Below, piece after piece: positions 1 to 13,712 of a DNA stretch of 64,000 bases. This stretch comes from Podarcis liolepis. Its lineage: Eukaryota. The translations under genes were made by a program, and so were the position numbers. The stretch lies in NCBI GenBank assembly GCA_965112155.1, contig OZ218107.1, one strand, 5' to 3'. Each line of letters begins with the position of its first letter. Positions within the stretch are counted from its first letter, which is position 1. The notes below the pieces were generated by a model. The model saw only the letters and a list, made by a program, of their open reading frames with translations. It made no database searches and was not told where the DNA came from.

Positions 1-1659
1 TAGGGCAGCACCCATGCTTTCTGGAATCTTTTAAAACCATCTTTCAAGCATTCTGAAGTTCACGAACCTGCACTTTGCTCTACAAATCATCCTCAGAACA
101 TTGTTATATCTTTATTCAAGGGCCTTCTGGGGAAGAATAATGGCAGTCAGCAGTTGGGAGTACCACCAGCAGCAGCAGCCACAAAATTCAACTTTTGCCA
201 CCCCAGGCACAGCAAAAAGTTTAAAGAGAGAGAGGAAAACATGAAAATAGAAACTGCCAGGAGTGCACAGCGGCCAGCATGAAACACTCACATGAAACGC
301 TTTAAAGGGTTACCTGCTGAAAAAAGTGATGAAACCCCTCAGTGCATTTTTACAATCCACAAGGCCCAGTAAATTTTGGGGTGGGGGAGAGAGGGATTGG
401 ATTGTCATGGTTCTGCCTTAAGTGTGTATTCAATAATTACAACAACAGTAACTTTATTGCCAGATAAAACTAATCCCATTCAAAATGCATCCTCTGCTGT
501 TGCTTTTCCATTTTGTCCTTCCTCTAAAATGTGCATTCAGAAGACTTCCCCCACCCCTTTTGCTTTATTCAGTAAGCCAGTTTAAAAGAACCAATACTTG
601 TGTGCAGAAGAGATACATGTGTCTATTTTTATGTTTGGTTACTGGCTAAATATATTTTGTATGCACTTTCCAAACTAATAAAGCATTTTAAAGTGGTGGT
701 GGGGTGTTGAATTTGATAGCACAAGAAGTACGAAAACCCCCTCAGATACAGAAAACAATCATAGTGTGAAATATTAATATAGTCTCACAGCAGGAAGAAG
801 ACTGGCTATGCTTCTGTTTGCTTGCTTTAAATATGCACGAGTCGGGTTGAAAAAGTCCGCTCAGAAGAAGGTAACATAACATGAGAATTTTATTTTCACT
901 GACAACTAACAAGCATTTTGAGGCTAAGGGAAAGGTCATCTTAAGGCAAGTGAACATGCTAGGCAGGAAACTATATGATAGCAGTCTTATGTATTATGAC
1001 CATCTGAATCCACTTCCTGTGCTGATGTTATTAAAACTGAATGCTTTTCAATGAATAAAACCTAATTGGGGATTATTCTGTGAACAGAGAAATATACCTG
1101 GTCCCGTAATACCTACTGGAACAGCCATCAGATGCCTCACCTCTTTATACCATGAAAATAATGTGAACCAAACACTTGAGGCATATCCAGGAATATGAAG
1201 TCTTTATTTGTGTGATCTCCCCGCTTTGTTGGAGAGGCCAATCTGTTTGGAAACCATGTTGCGTCAAAGTATAGTGGCAAGATTACTACATGGGACCAGA
1301 ACTATGGTTCATCAATTCTGAAATAATTACACTGGTTCCAAATATAAGCCAGTATGCACCAATCTCTGGCTCTCTCCCACTTGGATGTTTGATCTCCCTT
1401 CCCTCAGCACCCCATCGTAGCACTATTCCTTACAATAAGTAAGACCTACTACTTTTAGTAGATGTTTGCAAATTTTTTTTAGAGAGAGAGAGAGATCATC
1501 AAAGGCCAGCAAAGCACTGAGCTACCTTGTGCAGATCCTGCTTCATCTCAGACAAGCCCAAAATTACTCTGAGTCAACCCCAAGTTGAGCTTGGGATTTT
1601 TCCACATCTCATGCATATCCCTAGTTTCAAGTCCATTTTTTAGCATGGCTCACCCAGCT

Positions 1660-1900
1660 CGTTTAACTTTAAAAGCCCTAAACAACTTGGGAATCAGTCA
1701 AGCCCTGGTACTGTGTGGACCACTTAACCGTGCAAGAATGTTCTAGGTATTATAATTTTCTATTACTCTGCCATCAGAGGTGATGTGGGTGGCGATGGCA
1801 GGTCCAACCTCTTTTGGACTTTCTTCTCAGGGGTATTTGCATGGTATAGGTTTTGTTTTGTTTTCAGCAACAGGTGAAAATCTTTTTAATGAGTTCCAGG
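1660..1900 (+). mobile_element. Degenerate L2-type LINE 3' fragment
   Basis: tttaaaagccctaaacaacttggg...gaggtgatgtgggtggc resembles squamate L2 3' regions; boundaries approximate. Confidence 0.4.
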
Positions 1901-1971
1901 ATTTCTGGACCTTGGCTTTAATGCTGTTTTGCCTCTTGCTCAGCTTTAAATTTGTCAGTATCTGTTCATTT

Positions 1972-2066
1972 CAGCCTTTCCCAATGCAGTTCCCAAATAC
2001 TTTGGACTACAATTCCCATCAGCCTCAACCAGCATGGCCAAAAGTTAGGGATGATGGGGGTTGTAC
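1972..2066. mobile_element. Degenerate copy of the palindromic hAT-type MITE family
   Basis: Carries the same internal motifs (ggactacaattcccatca / gggatgatgggggttgta) as the intact copies at 2766, 31805 and 43143. Confidence 0.55.
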
Positions 2067-2765
2067 GGGAGACATCACATTAGGTTCATATTGTTTTTAT
2101 TGACTTTATGCTGCATTTCAAATAATTCTCCTCCTCCTATATTTAAGTTCCCCAGTAATGTTTGTCAGAAACAAAGGAGAATATTGTTTTGTCCGGATAA
2201 ATATGACATTTAAAGCTAGGGAAATTATACCAGAAGTTGGTTTTGTCCAGGTAACTTGAGTTCTGTGTACAGCTCCACCTCCCACCCCCATAGTAAGCTT
2301 CCTGTAATGTACTATAAAGGTGATGGGCTTACTACTGTGCCCAGATCTTCACAGAATGATAACTGTGTCAAAAATATTGATTTTTAGAAGTCTGTGATAA
2401 AATGCATGTTCCCTGTGCACTGACATGCTATAACTTTGAAGTACGAACATAACTGTGTCCAAATGATGATAGATCTTCCTTTGTTTCACTCAGATATATT
2501 CTGCCAAGCACATAAATGGAAGCAGACTTTGCAGTATCTAAGGTCTACAAATCTCACTGAATACAATCAAATGCTTCCAGGAGGAATATGCTACAAGTAA
2601 CTCAGTTGTGGCACTAACTGAGGAGTATGGCTACATTCCAGAAAAGATGAGGAAGTGGCATATAAAGACAATACTAGCGTCTCTATAGCCCTACTGGTGG
2701 CTCCAATCTATAAGGCCATGAAGGAAGGAATAGGAAGAAGAAAGTCATACCGGCACACTCTAACC

Positions 2766-2901
2766 CAAGCTTCCTCAACCTCGGCCCTCCAGATGTTTTG
2801 AGATTACAACTCCCATCATCCCTGCCCACTGGTCCTGCTAGCTAGGGATCATAGGAGTTGTAGGCCAAAAACATCTGGAGGGGCGAGGTTGAGGAAGCCT
2901 G
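2766..2901. mobile_element. hAT-type palindromic MITE (136 bp)
   Basis: Long imperfect TIRs caagcttcctcaacctcg / cgaggttgaggaagcctg; perfect 8-bp TSD ctctaacc (2758-2765, 2902-2909). Confidence 0.88.
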
Positions 2902-2994
2902 CTCTAACCACCTTGATCCCAGTGACAGCAAGACAGCAAGGCTACTCTTATCACCTCCTTCCCAGACCCAGCATCATAAGCACAGGAAGACCCC

Positions 2995-3893
2995 ACTTCA
3001 ACATCTTTTTAAACGACCTGGACAAAAGAGTTGACAGGATGCTTATCAAATTTGCAGATGACACCAAACTGGGAAGAGTAGCTAATGGTGCAGAAGACAT
3101 AATCAGAATTCAAAATGACCTTAACAGATTGGAGAACTGGGCCCAAACTAGCAAAATGAATTTCAAAAGGGACAAATGTCAGGTTCTGCACTTAGGCAGG
3201 AAGAACCAGATGCACGAATATAAGATTGGGGACACCTGGCTTGCCAGTAGTACATGTGAAGAGGCTTTAGGGAGTCTTAGTAAACCACAAGCATCAACAG
3301 CAAAGAAAGCCGATGCTATTATAGGCTGCATCAACAGAATTATAGTGTCCAGATCAAGGGAAGTAATAGTACCGCTTTATTCTGCCCTGGTCAGACCACA
3401 TCTGGAATACTGTGTCCAGTTCTGGGCACCACAGTTTAAGAAGGATATTGACAAGCTGGAACATGTGCAAGCAGAGTGACCAAGATGATCATGTGTCTGG
3501 AAATAAAGGCTTATGAGGAACAGTTGAGGGAGTTGGGTATGTTCAGTCTACAGAAGAGAAGACTAAGAGGATATATGATAGCTATCTTCAAATATCTAAA
3601 GTAGATGGAGTGAGCTTGTTTTCTCCTGCTCCAGAGAATAGGACTTGAACCAATGGGTGCAAGTTACAAGAAGGGAGATTCCGACTTAACATCAGGAAGA
3701 ACTTTCTGACAGTAAGAGGTGTTCGACAGAGGAATGGACTCCCTCAGGTGGTGATGGACTGTCCTTCCTTGGAGGTTGAATAGCCATCTGTCATAGGTGC
3801 TTTAGTTAAGATTTCTGCATTGCAGAAGATTGGACTAGATGATCCCCAGAGTCTCCTTTCAACTCTACAATTCTTTAATTCTCTGATTCTATG
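2995..3893 (+). mobile_element. 5'-truncated CR1 LINE (RT C-terminus plus 3' UTR), disrupted
   Basis: ORF 2889-3479 contains FNIFLNDL..KFADDTKL..CQVLHLG..LYSALVRPHLEYCVQFWAP; ends in an ATTCT(A/C)TG-type CR1 tail. Confidence 0.93.
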
Positions 3894-4040
3894 TATTAAT
3901 GCAAAATTCACGTTTTAAATTAAAAAGCACCAATCAAATTTAATATTCAGCATTAAAATCGACAATTGCATTCCAACAGAGAAAGCACTTTTGCTGCATT
4001 ATGAATATCATGGTTGAAATGCTTATTGCTAGGCAACTGT

Positions 4041-4073
4041 CACACACACACACACACACATACACACACACAC
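4041..4073. repeat. (CA)n microsatellite
   Basis: Direct reading. Confidence 0.95.
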
Positions 4074-4312
4074 TTCAAAAATTTAAATTGGGTTCTTGTC
4101 TTGCACTATTGATTTTATTTTATTTTTTGAAAAAATGGAACAATGGTCCATTTTTCCTTGAGTAACAGTATATGTGGGGGAGGTCTTCAGATTTTTGACA
4201 GCTCATGCCTTATTTTTTAAGATTTATTTTAAGGGAAATGAATGTGTTCATTTAAATTTAAATTAATAGCAGGTCCATCCTATCCATGAGTGAAGCCTCC
4301 TGGGCAAGGATA

Positions 4313-4623
4313 AGGTACCCCTGCCCATACAGGCCAGTCGTGTCCGACTCTAGGGTTGTGCGCTCATCTCACTTAAGAGGCTGGGAGCCAGCGCTGTCCG
4401 CAGACACTTCCGGGTCACGTGGCCAGCGTGACGAAGCTGCTCTGGCGAGCCAGCACCAGCGCAGCACACGGAAACGCTGTTTACCTTCCCTCTATAAAGC
4501 GATACCTATTTATCTACTTGCACTTAGGGGTGCTTTCGAACTGCTAGGTGGGCAGGAGCTAGGACTGAAAGACGGGAGCTCACCCCACCACGGGGATTCG
4601 AACCGCCGACCATATGATCGGCA
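4313..4623 (-). mobile_element. Sauria SINE, 5'-truncated, with 13-bp TSD
   Basis: Near-identical to the copy at 63088; box B-like ggttcgaatccc on minus; TSD ctgggcaaggata at 4300-4312 and 4624-4636. Confidence 0.88.
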
Positions 4624-7277
4624 CTGGGCAAGGATAGGGATGGATAAAAGTCTCCTAATTTAATACCTTAGAGAAACTCCTGAATTAATTTGTCTACTTA
4701 GGACAGCCATAAAACCCATATACATGGCATAGGCATTATCACAATCCCTCTCCCTTAAACCAGGCCAGACCTCCTCTGAGGAAGAGAACACTGTAGAGAA
4801 ACCCAGTACAACCTTGCAAGAACCATGAGCCTAAAGTGCCTTGTCTCATGAATTTCTCACCTGTGCACCCCCAGTAACTCTTTCAGCCAGTGCCAGTTCT
4901 GCATTCCCTGCTCTCCAGGCCTCAAGATGTGCTGATCAAAGAGAAACTGAATATGCTAGGTAGGCCCAAAAATGAGTGATCGTAATGACATTTCAATCTG
5001 GTAGGAAGTCTGCTGGTTAGATACAAATTGAACTAAAAGAACACCTTTTTTAAAAAATAGTTCTGGGATTTCCCCTTCAGCAGCTCAAAAGCAAACAACA
5101 GAGGGAAATTCAATCATCAAGTTGAAGTAACTGGAAATCAAGACATCAGCAGCAGCTGGAGTTTGAGTAGATTAAATTGTAAAAAAAGGAAGATGCTTTG
5201 GGCTTTATCAGCTGAGATGAATAACTAGATACTGAACAGAGCACAGGAGTCTCAGATAAGATAATCTTGCCTAACAAACAAGAGATAAAACACATGCTTG
5301 CTAAATTATGGCTTCCAATAGGTATTGTTACTAAGTCAGAAAACAGGAAAATGTAAAAAGATGTGCAAAAAGACATTTCAATTTTTATTCTGACAAAGAT
5401 TACGCACACAAATCTAATTGAGTAACTTAATGAGGCAAATTTGTAGTAACTAAAGTTCCATTGATTTCAGTGTGACTAAAATGGCCCATAGATCTAACCT
5501 GGTCCACCAGATCTCTGTCTGGCATTCTCCCCATGTCACACCTCTTCTCCTAAGCAATGGCTCTTTTCCTCCTATCTCTACTGTTCCATAGCAAGCAGCA
5601 TATGCAGGATGACTTCTTTCTACATCATCTGCTCATTTTATTTCCATCCTATGCTGAGAAAAGGACTCACCTTTCTTCTCTCACAGTGATGAAACACTGA
5701 AAACTAGTAACACAGGAAGTCTTGTAAAACTGCTCAAACATTTTTAAATTAAGTTTAAATTTTCACTTCTATGGTTACTGCTAATCTAGGATGCATTACT
5801 CTTGCTGGCCATAAATGGAAGCTGAAGTTCTGACACTGACTGACCGTAGCCAGTAGTTCAAAAACTGTTTGTCAAAGTAGGACAGAATATGGATTTTTGG
5901 GGTTCATCCTTCAACAGGATTAATAATTTAATATGGTGGATACTAGCTACACAAAAGCAATCTTATATGTCCAGAATTACAACACCTTCCATCATACAAG
6001 TGGGTTCCCTTTAGGGAAAGGAGCAATTTCAAAAGATAAGCTGCTAGAGTACTACAAAAAGTTGGAAACGTAGTCCATATCTGAACTTCTCTGCTCCTAG
6101 TCAGTCACATTTCAAAACACAAAACGATAAAAATGTTGCATTATTCAAAAGCACCCACCAATGCCACCAGCTGACACCTGACATTTTATTTTCTGACAGT
6201 AGTAATTGCTGTGCTTCAACAAAAGCTAAAATCATTTTGTAGAAGCTCAAAATCCCAACAGCTACCTCCTTTTGGATTATTATTTTTTTAAGTCGCATTT
6301 CACACAACCCTTTACATACTGTGTACATAAAAGAATCAAACATTGAGTAGTTATCATTGTCTTACTGACAGTTGAAATGTCTGTAGCTGTAACTCTCCCC
6401 ATGTTTCTTTTTTACTGTTATGATTAAGTGTTTAATAAGTAGAATGTAAATATCATTCAAAGAGAAAGAATAAAAATATCTCACATAAAAGCAATAGCAC
6501 TTTTTTATTATAAACAAGAATTTGAAATCCCACCATCGTGATTTCCCAGATCCTAGGAAAAAATACTTAACTTTTAGTGTGGCCATAGAAACGCTTGACT
6601 AAATATCTGCGCCAAGCACTTTGAGGGCCACAATGCTAACAGTACATCAGAAACAGTGGGAGGAAGTTGTTTTGATCCCTGCCCAGTGCACGTAAGTGAA
6701 TTATACAAGGTGGTGATACTGTGAGGAATTTCAGCTGAGCAAACAATATTGCTCGGCTCTTAAGAGCAGGAAACAGAGGTAAAAAATAATATTGCCCTGT
6801 GGAACAGGTGCAGGAAAGCAGATATTTTAGGGAGATTGCTGGATAAAATGGCCAGTGAATGCTTTCTGAATTAATAGGAAATGCATGAAAGGGGGCAATG
6901 CCTTTCACCTCTAGCTCCCGTTTTGCACAGTATAATCTTTGTTTGGGGTGGGTGGGAAGGGGAGGAGTTTGAAGCTCTGTGAGCTAACAATATTTTGGAG
7001 AAAAGCACAAAATAAATAGTTACAATAAAAAACAACAACAATAATTCTCCCTCTCACAGTCACATTTAAAAAAGCCATAGAATATTTATCTGCTGAAGAA
7101 ATACAACCTGTGCCGTTGACAAGTTCACTTTATTTTAGATAGATTATAAGTTTTTATGGCACTTTGTAAATAGTTTTCTTATTTGATAAATGTTGAAAAA
7201 TTGATTTTGAACAAGAATATTAATTGTGTGAATAATTGTTGCCTATGTGCTGTATGGGTCGTAGAATATTTATCGGC

Positions 7278-7500
7278 CAAAGGCCTGGTTGAAGAGGAAC
7301 CTTTTCACCTGGTGCCTAAAGATGTATAATGAAGGCATGAGATGACCCTCCGTGGGGAGAGCATTCCACAAACAGGGAGCTACTGCAGAAATGGCCCAGT
7401 CTTGTGTTGTCACCCTCCGGACCTCTCATGGAGGAAGCACATGAAGAAGAGCCTCAGATGATGATTGCAGAGTCTGGTCCTTGAGGTTTTGCGGTCCTGA
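7278..7500 (-). mobile_element. L2-type LINE 3' fragment
   Basis: aaggcctgg...cctaaag...gggagagcattccacaaacagggagc resembles the reverse strand of the squamate L2 3' region. Confidence 0.55.
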
Positions 7501-7590
7501 GCACATATGTTGCATTACAATGTATATGTGTGTTCTATTTCTATAACCCTTTTCAGCATGCATCTGCATTCACCCAAAGTCAGAAAAGAG

Positions 7591-7593
<3 letters not shown>

Positions 7594-7633
<40 letters not shown>
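7594..7633. repeat. (GT)n microsatellite
   Basis: Direct reading. Confidence 0.95.
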
Positions 7634-7639
<6 letters not shown>

Positions 7640-7827
7640 GCTTGGCACCCTACACTGGCTTGAAGAATAGTAGTATATAAATGCCTTTAAAATCATCAGT
7701 CTCACCTGTGTTTGCAAAGGGATAATGGCAGTGGTCTTCCTCACATGATTATTGTGATTATAAAAGCATATACCTGTATACATTAAAAGCCTGTAGAAAT
7801 TATTAATGACAGCAGTAAACGACTTAC

Positions 7828-7905
7828 ATTAGCTGACAGCTGTGATGTCAGGGTGGCCACTTTTTCCTGCGATGCAACCAGCTCCCTTCGTAGTTTATGA
7901 ATTTG
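7828..7905 (-). CDS. NAV3: NAV3 coding exon (78 nt, phase 0-0): QIHKLRRELVASQEKVATLTSQLSAN (coiled coil)
   Basis: ttcccacatccag acceptor, AAT|gtaagt donor. Confidence 0.94.
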
Positions 7906-8878
7906 CTGGATGTGGGAACAAACACAAATGTCTCTCCAAATATGCCAGTATAACCTTATGCTTTAACTAAGGCTATTCAATATGTGAAATTATAGTACAG
8001 TAGAAGAATAGCTGGTGCTGTTTGTTCCAACATTTTTGTATATGCTACAGACAGTACTGTATATCAAAGGCTTCATCTATGGTTTTAAAATTTCCATTAA
8101 GATACAACATATGCACATCACATAAATCTAAATTTTAAAGCCTTTTAGATATTTATTTAAAACGCGTGAATGATGATACAAACTGAATTGCATAAGCTTA
8201 GTATTAAGCATGTGAAGCATGAGTTAATTTCTATCCAATGCAGTGATGTGCTGAAAATTTAGGCCCCCCTTTTTTTTACCATTCTCCATCGGTTACTGAG
8301 AAAACTGTACAGTGGATGCTCGGGTTGCGAACGTGATCCATGTGGGATGCACATTCGCAACCCGCAGCATTTGCAACCTGCGTCTGTGCATGCGCGGGTT
8401 GCGATTCGATGCTATTGTGCATTCTCATGGTTGGGGTGTGGGGATTTCGTCATACTTTTCTTATTTCTGAAGCATGTTTGTGAGTGTCCCTTTTTGCATT
8501 CTGTAAATCATCTCACTTCTTTATTCTCCCTGAAGGCCCACAGTTCAGTCAAGTCCCAGAAGACGACAACATCATGCAGGAACCCCCCACACAAGGCTTT
8601 TGCAGAACAGGAAGTGCAGGCAGCCCTGAAGGCTAGAGAATGATGGAGACATGTTTACTGGGTCCGGGGGGGGGGGGGGGAAATGTCAAACAGATGACCC
8701 AACTCCCAGTTGCCTTGCAACATTAAGTTCAAAACCCCACACCCACTAAAATTCTAAAGAAATTATAAAATGCCAGAAGAATGGGTAAGAAAAATAGAAG
8801 CCTCTGTCACAGGGAAATAAAACTTTAGAGAAAATGGAGGAAGGATTTTGGCGTCTCTATATAGAGGATAGATTTTGG

Positions 8879-8930
<52 letters not shown>

Positions 8931-11900
8931 ATGATGGAATAATGACTCAAATGCCCTGCTGAATGAGCAAGAGACACCCCACAAAACATGAACCACAAGT
9001 GTAATACACTTAACCTTTAGTGCCTCTCTATAATATTTTAATAGTTTAATAGCCCTTATCATAAAAGACAGTTAATTATTTGAGTAGCAATGGATTCAAT
9101 AGGGCGATGGCTGGTAAAGTCAGGTGAGGATAGCAGTAAGAGGTTGCGGGCAGCTGGTGGTGACTGAGGGGGCCTTGTGCCCTTTCTGATAAGAAAATGT
9201 GCTGGCATAAATAACACCATACAAGTACATGAGAGCTGCCGTCATCATAGGTTCATGCTGGGCATTTGAGGCTATTGAAAAGCACTCTGTACAGCAAAAT
9301 ATTTTGTATAAAATTAAAAATGCCAATCTTTTTACCTCTGAATGTGCCTTTTCTTCAGCCTATGGGAGAGAGTGAAAGCAAGAGCAGTTTATTTATGGAA
9401 ACATACAACTGAATTCTATTTAAGAAAATCAAAATAATAGATTTTGACTCAGATAAAAACAAGTTCTCAAATATAATTGCAAAAAAACATAGCCTAAGAA
9501 TGAAGAAAGCAAGATCATAAGCAGATTTTTGGATGCAACTTTGTTTGCAAATGAAGTTACTACTAGTGTTTTAGGACACAACCTTATACACCTGGGAGCA
9601 AGTTTTATCAAACATAACAGGATTGACTTCTGAGAAGATACTTTAAGTCCTGCTGGCTCTGTCTTATACCTGAAAGATTTCTTTAAAAATTGTTCATTAT
9701 CCTGTGCTAGGATTTGAACTGAATGGGCTATTGAAGGACTATATAGAAATTTCAAAAATAAAAATAATAGAGAATAAGATGTTCTTAGAACCACCATCAA
9801 GCAAAGACTCCTAAAATTTTGGTATAGAAATGTGGTATAGTTCCATGACACTGCCAAGGAACTACCCACATTTCCACATGACCCCAGTTTACAGACTCAA
9901 AAGGCCTCTTCCTTTGAAGCATAACACTTGGAATAAAATCAAAGGTAAAACAAGAAATTTTACACAAGTCTGCATTAATCAGACACAGCTGTGAGATAAA
10001 GAGAGCAAAGAGAGTGACAGTCTATTCAATGCATCTTTTGCATCAAAAGTAACAAAGCTTTTTGTACCTCTTATCCCGGTAGTATGACCAGAGGCACAGA
10101 AAATCATATAAAAACTTATTTGTGGGCACCATGACATAGTAGTGGGGAGAGTTCGATTTAAAAATATGGAACAGCTACTTTAAGCTCAACATGTAGATAG
10201 AAAAGAAGGCATGGAGCACTGTATAATATCACAGAAGAATGAAATTTTGTTCTTTATGGTCTTCTTGCCTATCACTGAAATCAAATGCTTGATATTTCCA
10301 CTGAAGTACCATTTCCTGATTAGGGGCTTCACAATCATATGAGTTTTATCCCTAGGAGTCTATGAGAACAAAGAGGGGAAACGCTGAACAGGGATTATGT
10401 CCTTCAACTACAATTCACACTACTGATTTTATAGTCCAAAAGCATCCCTTGCCCTTAACTAAAAGGTTTTCAGCTCCCATTATCACAGCTAGATACTCAA
10501 ACGCTGAACAAGAAGTGATGCCAAATGGTGAGAAAGGGAGAAGGGATCAAGCAACAGAAATCTTAGAATGATCATTCTTATCGGCTGATGTGGTGTGTGG
10601 TTAAGTGTATGATTCATAAACACTTGTCCTACTTGTCCTAAAAGGTAATGGTTACCTGATTGTGCAATTCAAGCAGGGCAGCAAGCGGCAACTGTCACCT
10701 GGCATGCCCATGGCTGAGCCAGAGGCAGTCTCCTGGTTCCCGTACAGTTGGTGGAGGTCACTTCTTCCTTCACCAGCTGTGCGAGCTGCTGCCCCTAGCT
10801 TCACCACATAATTTGTCACTGGATTTCCCAGCCTCCCTGCCTATGCAACATGTTTGCCCGGAAATGAGCAGGCAGTCCACGCTTAAAACCTTGCTATGGA
10901 AGTATTTGGTCACTGTATTCAGAGAGGCCAGGGAGAAATTTGCCTGCAGACTAATTGGGTTTGTCTAGGAATTTTGCATACCACATAGAAATTGTCACAA
11001 CTTGTTGGCAGATAAGGCATTGGGCTCGATTCTTAGGACTCAGCTATACAGCTGCAAATAAAACGTTTTAAGTGCAAAATACAATGCGGCACTAGATGCC
11101 AATGGTGGGCCTTATGGAAAAAGCAATGTACAGTGGTACCTCTACTTACGTGCCCCTCTTGTTATGTATCCTTTGGGATATGCACACGGCAAACCCGGAA
11201 GTATATTTCCGGGTTTTGCTGTGCGCGCATGCGCAGTTGTGCTCTATTGCACTGCATGTGTGCGCAGAACAGGCACCTCCAGTTGCGGAAACCTCAGGAT
11301 CCAACCGGTGCTCCGGAACGGATCCCGTCCGCAACCGGAGGTACCACTGTATTTTAAAAAACGCTTAGAAAAACATTTTCAGAACATTTTTTATTTGTGT
11401 GTATATTCCATTTTAGTCTAGGTGGTGGGGAGGAGGAGGTTGTGAGCCATCCTCACTTTAAGGAATTGGGATACGCTATTAAAGGGGTCCAGGGAGAGGT
11501 GCTTCTGTTCAGATACCCAGATGGGGGGTGATAGGCCACAGCACTGCTCAATATGGCACTCTTGAGAGTAGCACCTTGATTTCATGTGCGTCTTAACCCA
11601 GGATTGCCCCTGCAAAATAATCAGTAGGCAGACTGGGTGATGCAGGATACATAACCAATGGCTATGCCAAAACCTACTGACACCTGTAATCAATAAAATT
11701 GTGGCCTATTTGATCCCAATAGGTTGTCCTGAGTTTATTATATCTTCCCATGCTGTGGCTCCCTCCAATGGTCATGGGCTGACTGCACCTGGGCCTATAG
11801 TCTAAATTGCTAATGCAAATATATTTGCAAGCATAGAAATGTTTCAAAAATATAGACAGATAAAAAAAGAATAGAGACTGATCCAATGAATCTTGAAGTT

Positions 11901-13668
11901 CATACACGACAATTTGTGTTTTACATCTACCAGTTCAGTGGAGTTAGCATTTGGCATTCGATCATAAGCAAGTTCAGGTGGCAAGAACATTATTCTGTGC
12001 CCTTAAAAATCTGAATTCTCAAGCATATAAACTCAACTGTGCCAAATATGCTCTGTGCATTATGCAAATTAAAACTGGATTTTATATCTCCCTTCCCCAA
12101 GTCGTCCATATTTGGAACATTGCTCAGTTCTTCAAAAACAGCTGCAGTTAATGTAACTTGAGATAATATGCAAATTATGAGTGTTAGGCACTAAAATTAA
12201 ATATGCAATATGCAAATGTTCATAAGTGCAAGCTTTGTTACAAATTTTTAAAATAGAGTGTGGTATTTTAATGGGTAGAGGAGGTTGTTGGAAAGATCTG
12301 TTTGGTGGCATGAGAACATACATGGGCAAGTTATCACAACCAAAGCAACCTCAACATAGAGAACATAATTCAATCCATGATTCATCATGAACTTCATGAA
12401 CAATTGTTTCCAAACATCTCTGTACCTTAAGGAGGCAGCAGCCATGCTTTCAACAAAAACTGAATCCAAAGTATTACACAAGTAGGGCTTAGGTCATGCA
12501 TTTCTTGAACAGCAGTATACCTCACAGTGTGCTGCAAAATGTATGATAAGCTTGCTCTATGCTCAATAACTTATCAAAGCTCTAGCTGGGCCAGTAGATT
12601 TTCAACCCTAAGTACCCTGTATTACATGAAATGCATTGCAGTATTTCCTTCTCTCTCTCTTTAGCCAGAAGTTGACATTGTTTCCCAAATTCAACATAAA
12701 AATAATAAATTTCCACTGTCTGAAAGTTCAAGTATGTCTAATAATTAAAGTCACCTACTGTCTGGTTTCATAAAAATCATCTTATGTCAGAATCCAAAAC
12801 TGCAACCTCAAAGCAATGCTGTAATTTCAGAATAATCTTTCTACCTCAGCAGGTCCCTACCAAAGCAATCCACCAAGTGCTATCGGCTCTTTTAATGTGC
12901 TCAAAAATGGTGGTGGGACAAGGTGGAATGGCTAAGCATGAGGGCACTGAGCAGTACACAACAACAATTGGCACTGGTAGATTTTGTACAATTCCGCTTT
13001 CAAAGGGAAAACACAAAAGATGTTACAGATGGCGAAATTTAACGCAAGGAGGCAGTTGTGCATTGTACTTTGAAAAGTATAAAGAAAATGTTAAAGTCAA
13101 ACAGCAGTGGGAGATTTTCATTGTCCTACCAATGCCAAATTTACATCTGTTTCCTGAACCACTTAGCAATCCCCCTGGCTTTCCATGGTATGCACGATAT
13201 CATGAGGTGCAGTCTTTTATATATTGTCAACTTACTGTGGAGTACAGAGAAGAGGTGCTGGAAACTAGGGATAACGAAGACCCATGTACTGAAAAGAGAA
13301 ACATCAAGAGAATTACCACAAAGATATTGATGAAGCAACAGGAGTTATTTCCTGTCACGAGCAACAACAGAACATCTCTTTTCAATTAGGAACAACTGAA
13401 AAGGGGGGGAAAAGAAAGCTATTATTGAGGGTATCCATTTAGAAACACACACACCCCAGTAGTTCCTATAACACCTAAAATGGTTTTTGTCCACTGAAAA
13501 ACACTTGCCTTTGGATTGTAATAGTCCATTGCCTTTTTGCTAGAAAACAACAATTATTTTACCCTTCTTTGATAGCAAAATGTCATCTGAACATCACCTT
13601 TTGGCAAAGCTAAAGGATGACTTCTAAACTGTGATTTGGAATGAAAGTACATCTTGGTCTGTCTGTGT

Positions 13669-13712
<44 letters not shown>

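Noticed and set aside
4286-4663. Similar ORFs at 4286-4663 and 63129-63419 that look like a paralogous gene pair
   Set aside because: Both are translations of Sauria SINE copies.
1-7827. Next NAV3 exon (AHLVAAFEKSL...)
   Set aside because: Not found by eye; presumably left of the window. The exon preceding 58287 was likewise not found in 58288-64000.
12784-13389. 201-aa plus-strand ORF
   Set aside because: No recognisable domain; only overlaps the 53-nt NAV3 exon in antisense; compatible with chance.
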